64,000 nucleotides of DNA from the NCBI GenBank assembly GCA_951406725.2, contig OX597821.1, positions 78,058,001-78,122,000 of the forward strand, read 5' to 3'. The translations under genes were made by a program, and so were the position numbers. How positions within the stretch are numbered: position 1 is the first letter of the stretch; the number at the start of each line of letters is the position of its first letter. The notes beneath the pieces were generated by a model. That model made no database searches. It worked only from the letters and a program-made list of their open reading frames with translations, and had not been told where the DNA came from. Source of the DNA: Octopus vulgaris. Lineage: Eukaryota. Below are positions 26,941-40,496 of the stretch, in pieces.

Positions 26941-27066
26941 ATGCTTACAACACCTAGGTTTCCCAAGCGATCACTCATCTAAGTACTAACTAGGCTCGAC
27001 GTTGCTTAACTTCGGTGATCGGTGGTCGGACGAGAACCGGTGCTTTCAACGGGATATAGCCTTAAT
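26941..27066 (-). pseudogene. 5S rRNA pseudogene
   Basis: The reverse complement reads ..GTTGAAAGCACCGGTTCTCGTCCGA[CCACCGA]TCACCGAAGTTAAGCAACGTCGAGCC..GTTAGTACTT..TGGGAA..GGTGTTGTAAGC, with a 7-nt internal duplication and several transitions. Confidence 0.9.
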
Positions 27067-27327
27067 TATATAAATATAAATATGTATATATACTTACAAA
27101 GATTCACACGCTCTCTCACGCATAACTCTGGTAGCTCTATGTGATGTGCTTCGAGAGCAATTATGCAAAAAGGCAAAAATAGTTTTATCGGAACTTCACA
27201 AAATTCTTAAGACGTGATATATATATATATATATATATGCATGTATGAAATGAGAATGAGAGAAAAAGAGAGAGAGAGAGACTGGGAAGAGAAAGTGGAG
27301 AGAGGGAGAAGGGAGGAGAGAGGTTTA

Positions 27328-27369
<42 letters not shown>

Positions 27370-28168
27370 GAGAGATTGAAGAACACAGAAAAAAGTTGGG
27401 ATTAATTAACAATCAAAAGTATTATTCAAATGTAAAGAGTTGTTATAACGTTTCGGACATTTGCTTTTCTTCGAATATGTGTAGAGTGGAAAAAGAAGAG
27501 GTAAGACGAAGAAAAACCGAAAAAATGTAAGTCACACTCGTGGTAAAAATGTGCACTTTGGTCTGATGTACGTGGTAATATGGTGATGTTTGTATGTTTG
27601 CATGCATGTATGACTGTATGTATGTGTGCACATGTGCGTGTGTTTGTATGTGATTATGTTATGTATGTATGCATTTATGCATGTGTGCATATACTTATGT
27701 ATGTATGTATATATGTTTGCATGTATGACAGTATGTATGTATGCGCGTGTGTGTATGTATGTATGCATCTATGCATGTGTGCATGTACTTAGTTATGTAT
27801 TTCTGTATGTATGTACGTGTGTATATATATGTATGTGTATGTATGAATCTATATGTGTGTGTATGTATGTACGGATGTATGTATGTATGTGTGTGTATAG
27901 GTATGTAAGTATGTATGTATGTATGAGTGTATGATGTATATATGTATGTATGTTCTTGTGTGTATATATATGTATGTGTATGTATGAATCTATATGTGTG
28001 TGTATGTATGTACGTATACATGCATGTATGTATGTATGTATGTATGTATGTATGTATGTATGTATGTATGTATGTATGTATGTATGTATGTATGTATGTA
28101 TGTATGTATGTATGTATGTATGTATGTATGTATGTATGTATGTGTGTGTATGTATGTGTGTGTGCCTC

Positions 28169-28590
28169 AGTTTTAACGTTCTAGCTTGCTTCCGCTGTTT
28201 ACATCATTGGTTTGGAAGGAAGGTGTGTAGCGTGTGATCGTCGCACTGACTATGACAGAGAAAGTTGTCATGGTGATACCTGCTCAGAGACCTATGCGAT
28301 GTTGTAGAAAGCGTATGGAGAGGAGTGTATGGGCCGCACAAAAGTGTAGGAGTGGTTCAGACGTTTCCGAGATGGACGAGAAAATGTCGATAGTGACTAA
28401 CGTTCTGGGAGACCCGTAACCAGCAAAAACAGAAAAACATCGCTGATGTTCGTGCAGAGTGAGAGGAAATGGACGAATCACCATCTGTGAGTTATCAGAG
28501 GATGTCCAGATTACTTACGGTTCAGTCCATTATCACTGAAGATTTGGGTATGAAACGCATGTTTGCCAAATTTGCTTTCTATTGGTTGTT
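28169..28590 (+). mobile_element. Mariner 5' fragment
   Basis: Decayed transposase N-terminus (MTEKV..SGRP..RITI.ELSE..IITEDLGMKR), homologous to the inverted copy at 29900-30201. Confidence 0.7.
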
Positions 28591-28689
28591 TTACTCGGAG
28601 ATATTTGCGAAGTGTTGTACTACTTTTGAATAATGTCCTGATGTCATATGGGCCGCATATGACATCATGTATGTAGTTTCTGCACAGAA

Positions 28690-29657
28690 GGGCAACATTT
28701 CCATCAAGTTTCTTATTAGTATACTCTGGCCCCCACCAGGAAGATGTCCAAGTGCTGTTAGATCATGTGAAGTCAATAAAGCCATCCATACAATTTACAA
28801 TGGAAAAGGAAAAGGACAATCAGCTAGCATTCCTGGACGTATTAATAACACGCACCAAGCATGGATTCAGGACGTCCGTATACCTCAAGCCGATTTTCAC
28901 TGGACGATACCTTAACTTCAATACCCACTGTCCATAGGGAATAAAGAGAGGGATTGCTCAGTGCCAAAAATATCGAGCAAATAATATAAGTAGTGATCGT
29001 GATACACACCACGAAGAAATGATCACGTTCAATAACAATCTATTAAGCAACAACTACCCCAAAAGTATACTATACACTCCAATTATGAAGAAAAGAGAGG
29101 ATGAAACCAATAAACCGTCCACAGTCTGTCTACGCTATGGGAAAGGCTTCTCCGAAAAGACACAAAAGATATGCGGCCCATATGACATCAGGACACTATT
29201 CTAATAGAAGAGAATATGTCCAAAGATTGCATGTATTCCATCCCATGCTGCTGTGGTAGGTTATGCCAAGGCGAAACATGCCGCCTCCTCAAAATAAGGG
29301 TTGACGAACATCGCAAAGCTGTGACACGAGGAGATATTGATAAATCGGTTATAGTTGATCAAGTATGTAAAAATGGGACCCACCTCCGTGGGATGAAATT
29401 AAAATAACAGACAGCGAACACCACTGGAAGATACGAAAACTAAAAGAAGCAGCACATATGCTAGGACACAACAACCTCCTAAACAGACCGAGTGCAGATA
29501 TGAGTAGCATATGGGAACCGGTATTAAGGAAGGATAGGAAAATATTAGATTTATAAGCCCTAAAATTCACTCCATAATTGCCCTTGGGCATATGGCGTAG
29601 TGGTTAAGAGCGTGGGCTACTAAGCCCCAAGATTCTGACTTCGATCCCAGGCAGTAA

Positions 29658-29688
<31 letters not shown>

Positions 29689-29893
29689 GATAATAATAAT
29701 AACAAGAACAACAACAACAACATCGAAGAATACCTTAGGAATGAGAAACCAGGTCCGAAATTTCCCCATGACACCTAATGAAGGCTGTAGGGTATATCAG
29801 CCAAAACGTTGTGTTAACAACAAACAAGATGGCGACAAATATCCGTCAAATGTAAATAATGTACATTTTCCTCATCTCTTAAATATAGAACTG
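28690..29893 (+). mobile_element. Penelope/Poseidon-type PLE 3' half: RT thumb, GIY-YIG and a tRNA-hammerhead terminal module
   Basis: PSIQFTMEKEKDNQLAFLDVLITR..RTSVYLKP..TGRYLNF, then DCMYSIPCCCGRL.QGET.R.LKIRVDEH and RKLKEAAH, followed directly by the tRNA head at 29586 and a mutated hammerhead at 29770-29815. Confidence 0.9.
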
Positions 29894-29899
29894 TATCCC

Positions 29900-30201
29900 T
29901 TGATTGAGTCGAGAACGATGAAAACTTTGCGTAGGCCTCTGAGCAGGTATCGCTAAGCTTTTGGTAAAATTTAATATAGATTCTCTGTTCAATTTTCTCT
30001 GTCATAGGCAATGCGACAATCACACACTACACACGTTCCTTCCAAGCACTGATGTAAAGAGCGGAAGTGAGCTAGAACGTTAAAACTTAGTGCACATGTA
30101 GAGCAGAGTCGAAGGTCAATCTGTGCCAAGTAGCTTTACACTGCATGCTTCAGCTTCGTTACTATGGCAAGAGTCCGGATACTTGTTGACGAGACCACGT
30201 A
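29900..30201 (-). mobile_element. Mariner 5' end with TIR
   Basis: TIR tacgtggtctcgtcaacaagtatccggact (reverse complement of 30172-30201); translation MTEKIEQRIYIKFYQKLSDTCSEAYAK. Confidence 0.75.
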
Positions 30202-30502
30202 TGCAAACAAAGTTTCGTGAACGATGTATTTTACATGAGTACGATATTTATTCTCATTAGAGTTAATGGTTGCAGGTTGAAAGAACCTGAAATGAAAAGA
30301 TTTGCGAAAAAATATCAACTGAATTATGGATTGTTGGTCACAAGCATACAAATGGTGCATAGTCGGGTAAATCAGGAATATTTATGAAATTACAAAAATA
30401 GTATTTAAAGAGTAGTTTTAAGCAAGGTATCTACTTAATATTAGTTCTGAATGTATTAAAAATTTACATTATAGACATACATATACATAAGCACTGACAT
30501 AA

Positions 30503-32372
30503 ATGATGTTCGTCCTTCGGTTCGAAGATGACCAACTGACATCATCTGATGGAACCGCCGCCATGAGACCGGAGGTGGCTGGTGAGGCCAATCCGGGCAA
30601 GGAAGCCCCTCCCACAGGTGGGGCAGAAGTGGGTAGGGGCAGTGCTACTGGTGCAGGCGGCTCTGACTTTACGCATCTGACGTTTCTGCTCTGCTGACCG
30701 AATCCGTCCCTCCTCGGCTGTCCCTGCTCCCACGGTGATTGCGCTGCGCCAGGATGAGCGGTTGGCAGCAAGTGTCTCCCAGGTCTCTGTTCCGATGGAG
30801 AAGTCTTTGAGAGAGACCTTGAGACTATCCTTGTAGCGCTTTTTCTGCCCTCCGACTTTGCGCCTGCCCTGGCCGAGTTCACCGTAGAAGAGCTGTTTTG
30901 GGATGCGAGTGTCGGACATGCGGGAGACGTGGCCCGCCCATCTCAGCTGGGCCTTGCGCATGATTGTGATGGTGCTAGGGAGATCTGCCTGCTTCAGAAC
31001 TTCCGTGTCTGGGACTTTGTCCTGCCAGCGGATGTGAAGGAAATTCCGAAGACACCTGAGATGGAAGTGGTTTATCTGGCGCTCGTGCCTTCGGTAAGCA
31101 GTCCACGTCTCGCAGCCGTATAGTAGAGTGGTAAGCACGACTGCCCGGTAGACTTTCAGCTTGGTGTTGAGGCTGATTCCTCTCCGCTCCCAGACTTTCT
31201 TTCGCAGTCTCCCAAACGCGCTGCTTGCCTTGGAGATTCTGTTGATGGTTTTAGCATCTATGTTGGCATTGCAGGAGAGAGTGCTGCCCAGGTAGGTGAA
31301 GTTTTCCACCACTCGTAAGATCCGTCCGTTCACCCTTATCTGAGGCTCATGGTATTGTTTGCCGGGGGCTGGCTGAAACATCACTTCGGTTTTCTTTGCA
31401 CTGATGGTGAGACCGAAGTTGTCACAGGCTGATGAGAACCTGTCCATCTCGAGCTGCATCTCCTGCTCATCGATTGCATTAAGGGCGCAGTCGTCAGCAA
31501 AGAGAAAGTCTCTGACGACTGTCTCCCTCACCTTTGTGACAGCCTGCAATCTCCTGGAGTTGAAAAGTTTCCCGTCTGTCCTGTACTTGATGTTGATACC
31601 GGACTTGCAGTCCCTAAAGGCGTCGGACATCATTGCCGAGAACATGATGCTGAACAGTGTTGGGGCCAGGACACAGCCCTGCCTGACTCCGTTGGTCACC
31701 TGGAAGGCTTCAGATGAGTCGCCGTCCTCAAGGATTCTGGCTGTCATTCCGTCGTGGAACTGGCGGACAATTGCAATAAATTTGCTGGGGCAACCAAATT
31801 TTCCCATGACCTTCCATAGTCCCTCCCGACTGACTGTATCAAAGGCCTTGGTGAGGTCAACAAAGGTCATGCAGAGGTCAAGGTGCTGCTCCATGCATTT
31901 CTCCTGGAGCTGGCGGGCGGCGAATATCATGTCAGTGGTCCCTCGACCCGCACGGAAGCCACACTGGCTCTCAGGGAGAAGGCCTTGCTCCAAGTGTTCC
32001 AGAAGGCGGTCAAGCAGGACCCGGGCCAGGATCTGCCTGCTATGGACAAGAGGGAAATACCTCGGTGGTTGTCGCAGGACTGCCGATCTCCTTTCCGCTT
32101 ATAAATATGGACGATTGTTGCATCCCGGAAATCTTGAGGGAGTTGTTCCCTGTCCCACATCGACTGGAACAAGCTGGTGAGCTGACTGATCATGGTGGGG
32201 CCGCCCGACTTGAACACATCTGCAGGGATGACGTCAGAGCCTGGAGCTTTGCCGGTGGACATTTTTTTGATGGCTCTGCTCACTTCCCCGACTGCAGGGG
32301 GAACAGCCAACTCGTGGTTTGTCGGCACCTGGGGGAGTCGTGCGATGGCTTCCTCGTTGATCTGGGCTGGTC
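30503..32372 (-). mobile_element. RTE (BovB-like) LINE, RT and 3' end
   Basis: PESQCGFR, FVDLTKAFDTV, GVRQGCVLAP, FADD and a C-terminal CPTC..HLRSH zinc finger. One frameshift near 32033. 3' hairpin tcttcgaaccgaagga. Confidence 0.95.
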
Positions 32373-33526
32373 AGGTCTCCGCTTGGAGCTACTGGTAACA
32401 TGTAACCCAGTACAACCTGTTACATGGTCGGGTCGTTGGCGACTAAACTGGCAACCCCACCAAGATTTCTTGGTGAGGAGGGTGATTTGGACACCCAGCA
32501 GGACTAAAAACAAAACCTGTCAAAGGGCAGAGGAACTCTCTCATGAGTCAATGGCCATCCAAAATCCGGAGTGGAGCCCCTAAGGCGGTTGGATTGCGCC
32601 ATGCGTGCCACCTTCCGGCAGCTCCTGCATCTTGGTCTACCCCCAGTCGTCTTGACTTTGTCTTGCCACTGGATCCGGCGCACCAGGACGAGAGAGTGAG
32701 GCTGATCCTGCGCAAGTCACCCTCACTATAATCCAAGTCACGCGCATGTCACGACATCATGACACCATGACACGATCCCAAAGTCCTGTGGCGATGGGGA
32801 AACGGCGAAGTAGCAGGTGAGGATACACTGGGAGCTGCAGTCGTGAACCCACACACAGGCGGCTCAGGACATGTGGTCGCCCCTCACTGAACTGAGGCAG
32901 CAGTGGAGTCCGGCAGCCTCCTGAGTGACCGAGCAGCCCTCTTCAGGATCGCTCTGCTCGCCTCCCCAGCATGAGGACGGGGCTAGAAAAGGTTGCCCTA
33001 AACATAGCCTGCCTCACCTCACCCTGGTCAGCAAACCGCGGCTGGCGGGGATCCTTTCCAAGCGGTCGAAACAAAGAAAGAAGAAAACAAACAAAGGTGC
33101 TCACTTTCGCAACTTGGAACGTGAGAACTCTGCTTGACAACACCAAAGCGGACAGACCAGAGAGACGAACTGCCCTGGTGGCCAGAGAACTGAGCCGATA
33201 CAGTGTCGATATTGCAGCACTGAGCGAGACCCGCCTTGCGGACAAAGGCCAGCTGACAGAGACAGGCGGCGGCTACACTTTCTTTTGGAGTGGTCGCAGC
33301 AGCGAAGAGCGTCGTGAGGCTGGTGTTGGTTTTGCCATTAAGTCAGTACACGTGCGGAAACTGGAAAGCACCTCCGAGGGTATCAACGATCGGCTGATGA
33401 AGATGCAGCTCCCACTTGGAAACAAGACTAGTGCGACCATCATCAGTGCTTACGCCCCCACCATGACCAACCCTGAAGAAGTTAAGGACAGGTTCTATGA
33501 GGAACTCGACTCCCTCATCACGTCAG

Positions 33527-33529
<3 letters not shown>
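32373..33529 (+). mobile_element. Inverted 5' part of the same RTE element (5' UTR and APE endonuclease N-half)
   Basis: LTFATWNVRTLLD..DIAALSETR..GGGYTFFWSG..GVGFAIK..ISAYAPT..FYEEL, truncated at (CA)n. Confidence 0.9.
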
Positions 33530-33604
<75 letters not shown>

Positions 33605-33876
33605 TGCAGTAAAAGATAAGAAGATGAATTAGATAGATCGAGGCAAATCAATAGCTCAGTAATGGTTTGACAAAAAACGAAAAACAAATCGGAGAACTCA
33701 AATAAACTATTCGAATTAGGGGCCAATTTCCTTAATATCCAATATTTCGCGAATTCAAAAGCATATCAATCGACCTACCCACCTACCTACCTACCTACCT
33801 ACCTACCTACCTATATATGTGTTTATGTATGTATGTATGTATGTATGTATCTATCTATCTATCTAATTTCTTTTTT

Positions 33877-34500
<624 letters not shown>

Positions 34501-34533
34501 GCCTGTCAGTTCGTCCGTCCACCCATCTGTCTG

Positions 34534-34601
<68 letters not shown>

Positions 34602-35251
34602 GCTGTCTTAGGTGCAATCCTGCATAGATCCATGTGGGTTAAATTCCTGATATAGTAGACAACCCAAGAAAAAATGACGCGAACGTATCAAAGTTCAATA
34701 ACAGTTTTTGAACGTTGGTATGTTCGCAAGTGAGTGTCCTGTTTTTGCTCTTTCCAAACATCATTTCTCTCTCCTACTTTAATCTCTGTCGGTGGGACGT
34801 ATAATGATTCGCTTTTTGCATCAATAAACTTCATTACATGACTGATGGTCTTTCGTAAACCAGTTGTCTTATTTCTGTCTTCAAAACTCATGATGGTACT
34901 TTCTTTGTTATTTCGGTTTTGTTTACCTTTTAAATATCATTCATGTTCTGTTTTACAGTAGAAGACAGAGCATATAGACAGGTGTTAATCTGTCAGAATG
35001 TTGCCTCATCACGATGTTGTAAATACTTATCACCAATTTCGTTAACAACTTTTAATACCATATCTGGTGGTTTTTTTTTACTTACTTTGGTAGAGAATAC
35101 TCTCTCCTCGGGAGAGTCCTTCAAAGACAAAGTTATTTTTTTCTCGGAAAATTTCAGTAAGGGCATATTTCACCGGCATTTAATCCTGTCTACCACCACC
35201 ACCACCACCACCACCACCACCACCACCACCACCACCACCACTACTACTACT

Positions 35252-35282
<31 letters not shown>

Positions 35283-36082
35283 TGATCGTTGCGGTTGTGC
35301 CTGCTAATTACCATAGTCGTAGTTGGGGGACAATGGTCTGTTAGTTGAACCAGTAATGTAGTTTGGCTGGCAGGCATTATTGAATCTGATGGGATATCAC
35401 AAGCAGCGAAACCACGAGGTGGTCTTATATCATCCACGTTTTCATTTTTGCTTATAGAGTTGGGAAGAAGGTTAATTTTCGAAGTTACAGTTACTAACCT
35501 TTCTATGTGCTACAAATGTCGTTTGTTGGCGTAGTTGTTTCGCAGTAAAATTATTTAATTCTGGATGCAGATCGTCCTAATATGATTTCAATCGATTCGT
35601 ATACTCAGCAGCGGGGTTTTGTTTCGCTTTTGCGTAGCAGTTAAAATAGATCAGTATTCAATTCATAACTCCAAGAGAAATCAGCTTTGTTATTACGCTT
35701 TCTTCTATTACAACAGCTAGAAAGAATCTGTTTATCCGTTGAGCTTTTGTTTTCGTTCTGTTCCTCGATTGTGTTATTGATGTTGTGTCCAGTCATGTTG
35801 TTTGTAGTAACTCTCTGCATGCTAAGTTCAAGTTTCAGTCGAAAATCACTACGATCGTGAATAAAAAGCTCCCTCAGTTAATTCATCTAAAGATTAACCA
35901 AGGATGATAGCTGTGGCTCCAAAGCTGGAGATATTATTCATCGTGTTTTCGATAGTATTTCACGCCAAATACGAGACTTGTCGCTTCTTATGTATATATG
36001 TATGTATGTATGTATGTTGAAATATTTCGTATCATGTCAAAATATCCTTAATTTATTTTTAAACCATAACCAATAAATCCCC

Positions 36083-37426
36083 GGATCTTTTCTAAAAGAT
36101 GGACAAAATTTTCTACTTAACTAAATAATTTGAAACTTCGTATACTGGTAGAATGTGTCAAAAGAAAACATTAATTTCAATTAGTTTTTTTGAGAAAAAT
36201 GTATTTTGTAACTTTTACGTAGTTTAATTCTTCGAATTTTAACCAATCGTATTCTCTGTTTTGAGCTCAATTCATTTGATGCCGTGTTATTCCTCCTTAT
36301 CACTGTCTTCTGTTTTCTGTCTTCAAAGGCTTCTCGCATGTTTATTTCAATGTCATCCCTGACTTACGGAACGATTACCTGTGTGTGTGTGTGTTTTTGT
36401 TGTGTATGTGTGTGCGTGTGTGTGCTTCTTGTGTGTGTGTGTGTGTGTTATTGTTGTGTATGTGTGTGTGTGTGTGTTTGTTGTGTGTGTGTGTGTTATT
36501 GTTGTGTATGTGTGTGTGTGTGTTTGTTGTGTGTATGTGTGTGTGTGTGTTTGTTGTGTGTGTGCGTGTGCGTGTGTTATTGTTGTGTATGTGTGTGTGT
36601 GTTTTTTTGTTGTGTATGTGTGCGTGTGTGTGTGTTTTTGTTGTGTATGTGTGTGTGTGTCTTTTTGTTGTGTATGTGTGTGTGTGTGTGTGTTTTGTTG
36701 TGTATGTGTGCGTGTGTTGTGTATCTCTTAAATCGATGAATTTCGTCGCCCAATAAAAATATTAACGATATTTTTTGAACTTTGATATCGTTAATATTTT
36801 TATTGGGCGACGAAATTCATCGATTTAAGAGATACACAACACACGCACACATACACAACAAAAAAAAAACACACACACACAAATACACAACAAAAAGAAA
36901 CACACACACACACGCACACATACACAACAATAACACACACACACACACATACACAACAATAACACACACACACAACAAACACACACAACAAACACACACA
37001 CGCACACACATACACAACAATAACACACACATACACACAACAAACACACACACGCACACACATACACAACAATAACACACACACACACACAACAAGCACA
37101 CACATACACAACAAAAACACACACACACAGGTAATCGTTCCGTAAGTCAAGGATGACATTGAAATAAACATGCGAGAAGCCTTTGAAGACAGAAAACAGA
37201 AGACAGTGATAAGGACGAATAACACGGCATCAAATGAATTGAGCTCAAAACAGAGAATACGATTGGTTAAAATTCGAAGAATTAAACTACGTAAAAGTTA
37301 CAAAATATATTTTTTTCAAAAAAACTAATTGAAATTAATGTTTTCTTTTGACATATTCTACCAGTATACGAAGTTTCAAATTATTTAGTTAAGTAGAAAA
37401 TTCTGTCCATCTTTTAGAAAAGACCC
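36083..37426. mobile_element. Foldback-type non-autonomous DNA transposon (whole-element palindrome)
   Basis: Ends ggatcttttctaaaag / cttttagaaaagaccc. 8-bp TSD aaatcccc at 36075-36082 and 37427-37434. Spacer of about 13 nt at 36772-36784. Confidence 0.9.
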
Positions 37427-38156
37427 AAATCCCCTACTATAAATCCCCTAACTCTAACTTCCACTCATAAATAATATAACATTCAACTAGCTCTTCCATC
37501 CTTGACTAACTATATACCCACGACCCCGTTGCTAAAAATAACTCTACAGCCACTGACCTTAACCATAACACAAAAAGTTACTGCTAAATTTTCTCTCCAA
37601 CAACTTAAGACTTTAAGACTACCAGACATCTACCTCTCTCTCTCAATTCTTTTTATTTTGCTGTATCTTTTTACCCTATCTTCCTCTATCTCCTCATCCT
37701 CTCTCTTATCTTCCCGGCTGCTCCGTACACAATTCTTAGACACCATGCGCCTATACACTTTACTTTATTCAAAGGCCAATCCTACCCCCTCACTCTATCT
37801 ACCTCTCTATTTCTTTTCTTTCCTTTTACCACTTAATAACCACCTTCGCTACCATTCTGTTATTGAATATTGATATGTTCGCGTCATTTTTTCTTGGGAT
37901 GTCTACTATATCAGGAATTCAACCCACCTGGATATACGCAAGATCGCACCCAAGAACTTACGCTCATAGATCTACGGAGGATTGCACCTAAGGACTCATG
38001 CTCTGGTTTCTTCTATAACTTCGGAAAGTTGAACTATGAACTTTCATGCTTCCTTTTTCTTCTCTCTTTCTGTCTCCATATTCTTTTACTCCATTCCACT
38101 ATGTCGTCATCTCATTAATTTATACCATTCTCATTTTCCTTATTTTTTTCTATTTC

Positions 38157-38213
38157 TCTCTGATGATGGAATAATATCCCATACTCGGGGATATCCCAGA
38201 AACAGCTGTAAGA
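38157..38213 (+). ncRNA. Hammerhead ribozyme, intact core
   Basis: UCU CUGAUGA UGG...CCA GAAACAGCUGUA AGA. It follows a decayed sequence resembling a PLE endonuclease C-terminus (about 37900-38000). Confidence 0.7.
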
Positions 38214-38530
38214 TTTTGAATTTCTTCCTATAATAATATTGTATGTTACTTGAGATGTTTACTTTGCCTTAATGTTTGTTGTCCTGTTTAACAATTATAT
38301 CTGCTGCATCGAAAATCCGCAATGGCTCAATAACTACCGTTTCGTCTATAACCTTGGACCCCTAGTAATCCGTTACAGTACTTACCTAGCGTATCTAATC
38401 GTTTAGATCACCTGCGAACTAAACCCCCATATTTTGTGTGTGTACACACACACACACACACACACACTGACACACACACACACACACACACACACAGATA
38501 CACACACACAGACACACAGACAGACAGACA

Positions 38531-38566
<36 letters not shown>

Positions 38567-38594
38567 GAAAAAAGACATCAGAATTTGGGGAAAA

Positions 38595-38818
38595 GATTTT
38601 TATTTCTTTATTATTATTAGCGCTTTCGTTCCTTTTCCGAATTTTTCAAATAAAATTTTGTGAATGTACAAAGAGCTTGTTCATTTATATAAAACAGATG
38701 TTTTTTTTTTGGGTGGGGGGGTTATATAGATGAACAAGCTGTTTGTACATTCACAAAATTTCATTTGACAAGTTTGAGAAAGGAACGAAAGCGCTATTAA
38801 TAATGGAGAAATAAAAAG
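38595..38818. repeat. Imperfect inverted repeat (MITE-like)
   Basis: tagcgctttcgttcctt..ttttgtgaatgtacaaa..gcttgttcat / atgaacaagc..tttgtacattcacaaaa..aaggaacgaaagcgcta. Confidence 0.75.
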
Positions 38819-39023
38819 ATGTTTCCTGGGGCTAAATAACAGTAGCATTCTTCCCTTTCATGGGACTGTCACATTAAGTTGGCAACAAACCATTACTTTA
38901 TCGTCCTGTTACTGCATAACTCCCTTCGAGAGATTTAGAAATGTAATATTTCTAATAAAAAGATGTTTTTTCCAAAATTCTAACGACTTATTTTCTCAAT
39001 ATCCAATTTCTATACATAACACC

Positions 39024-39074
<51 letters not shown>

Positions 39075-39139
39075 TACATACATACATACATACACACACA
39101 CTCTCTCTCTCTCTCTCCCTCTCTCTCTATACATATATA

Positions 39140-40422
39140 TTGGGTTGTCCGGAAAGTTCTTGCCTTTCGACTTATTTTAGAACATGGTTGAGTCCATAAA
39201 ATACGCCTCCTTTGACTACACCTCCATTTAGAACACAGTTTAAGCTATCTTTTCGTGGAAGAAGATTTATGTTCCTATAACCTGCGTTAATTCTGTAACA
39301 CTTTAAAATGGAAGATAAGAAAGTTCATTTTCGGCACTTGATGCTTTTCTTTTTCTGTAAAGGGAAAAATGCCTCACAAGCAACCAAAGAAATATGCGCA
39401 GTTTACGTTGATGTTTCTTTATCCGAAAGAACTGCACGCAAGTGGTTCGCAAGATTCCGAGCTGGAGAGTGTAGCCTTATTGATAAAGAGCGATCAGGCA
39501 GACCATCCACAACAGATGATGACCAAGAGAATAACCCTCATTGCACAACCCGAGAATTGGCAGAAAGCCTCAACCTATCAAAATCCGTCGTTCCTGAGCA
39601 CCTGGTAAAGCTTGGGTGCACAAATCGCTACGATGTTTGGGTACCACATGAGTTGAGTGAGAAGAAACTTTTGGATCACATTTCCATCTGTGATTCGCTT
39701 TATAAACGGAATGAAAACGCGCCTTTTTGAAAGCAAATTGTGACAGGTGATGAGAAATGGATTATCTACCGAAAATGTTCAGAGAAAACGATCCTGAAGT
39801 AAGCTTAACCACCCCAAAAGCGGGTCTTCAACCTAAAATAGTCTTGCTTTGTGTCTGGTGGGACTGGGAAGGAATTCTGTACTCTGAGCCTGTGTCTGGT
39901 GGGACTGGAAAGGAATTCTGTACTATGAGCTTCTCCCAAGTAACCAGACAATTAATTCTGAGAAATACTGCACACAACCGGACGAGTTAAAAGCACCAAT
40001 TCAAGAGAAACGTCCAGAATTGGCCAACATGAAGGGTCTTGTTTTCCAACATGATAATGCAAGACAGCACGTTTCTTTGGGAACCAGACAAAAATTGTTG
40101 CAGCTCGGCTGGGATATGTTACCCCATCCTCCATATTCACCAGATATTGCTCCTTCAGATTTCCAGTTATTCAGGCCTCTGCAGAATAGACTTAATGGTA
40201 AAAATTTCAATTCCTTGGATGATGTAAAAAAATACCTTGATGAATTCTTTGCCATGAAATCACCTCAATTCTGGGAAGAGGGTATTTTCAAGTTAAAGGA
40301 AAGATGGAGACGCATTGTGCAACAAAATGGCTCATATTTTGTTGATTAAAAATGTAATAGCAAGAATTTATTGACTTTTTTCTTTCCTTTAAAAATCGGC
40401 ACGAACTTTCCGGACAACCCGA
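39140..40422 (+). mobile_element. Full-length mariner (DD34D) with disrupted transposase
   Basis: TIRs ttgggttgtccggaaagttc / gaactttccggacaacccga with TA TSD. Motifs WVPHEL, TGDEKW, HDNAR, HPPYSPDIAPSDF. Stop at 39728, frameshifts, and an internal duplication of about 40 bp at 39851-39930. Confidence 0.95.
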
Positions 40423-40430
40423 TATATATA

Positions 40431-40496
<66 letters not shown>

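Noticed and set aside
29586-29660. Functional tRNA-Ser(ACT) gene, also at 59960
   Set aside because: Poor acceptor stem, no long variable arm, and always embedded in the repeat module.
31404-32180. 258-aa plus-strand ORF
   Set aside because: It is the antisense shadow of the GC-rich RTE reverse transcriptase.
32373-32480. HDV-like ribozyme at the RTE 5' end
   Set aside because: Expected from other RTEs, but I could not fold a convincing nested pseudoknot by eye; a descriptor search is needed.
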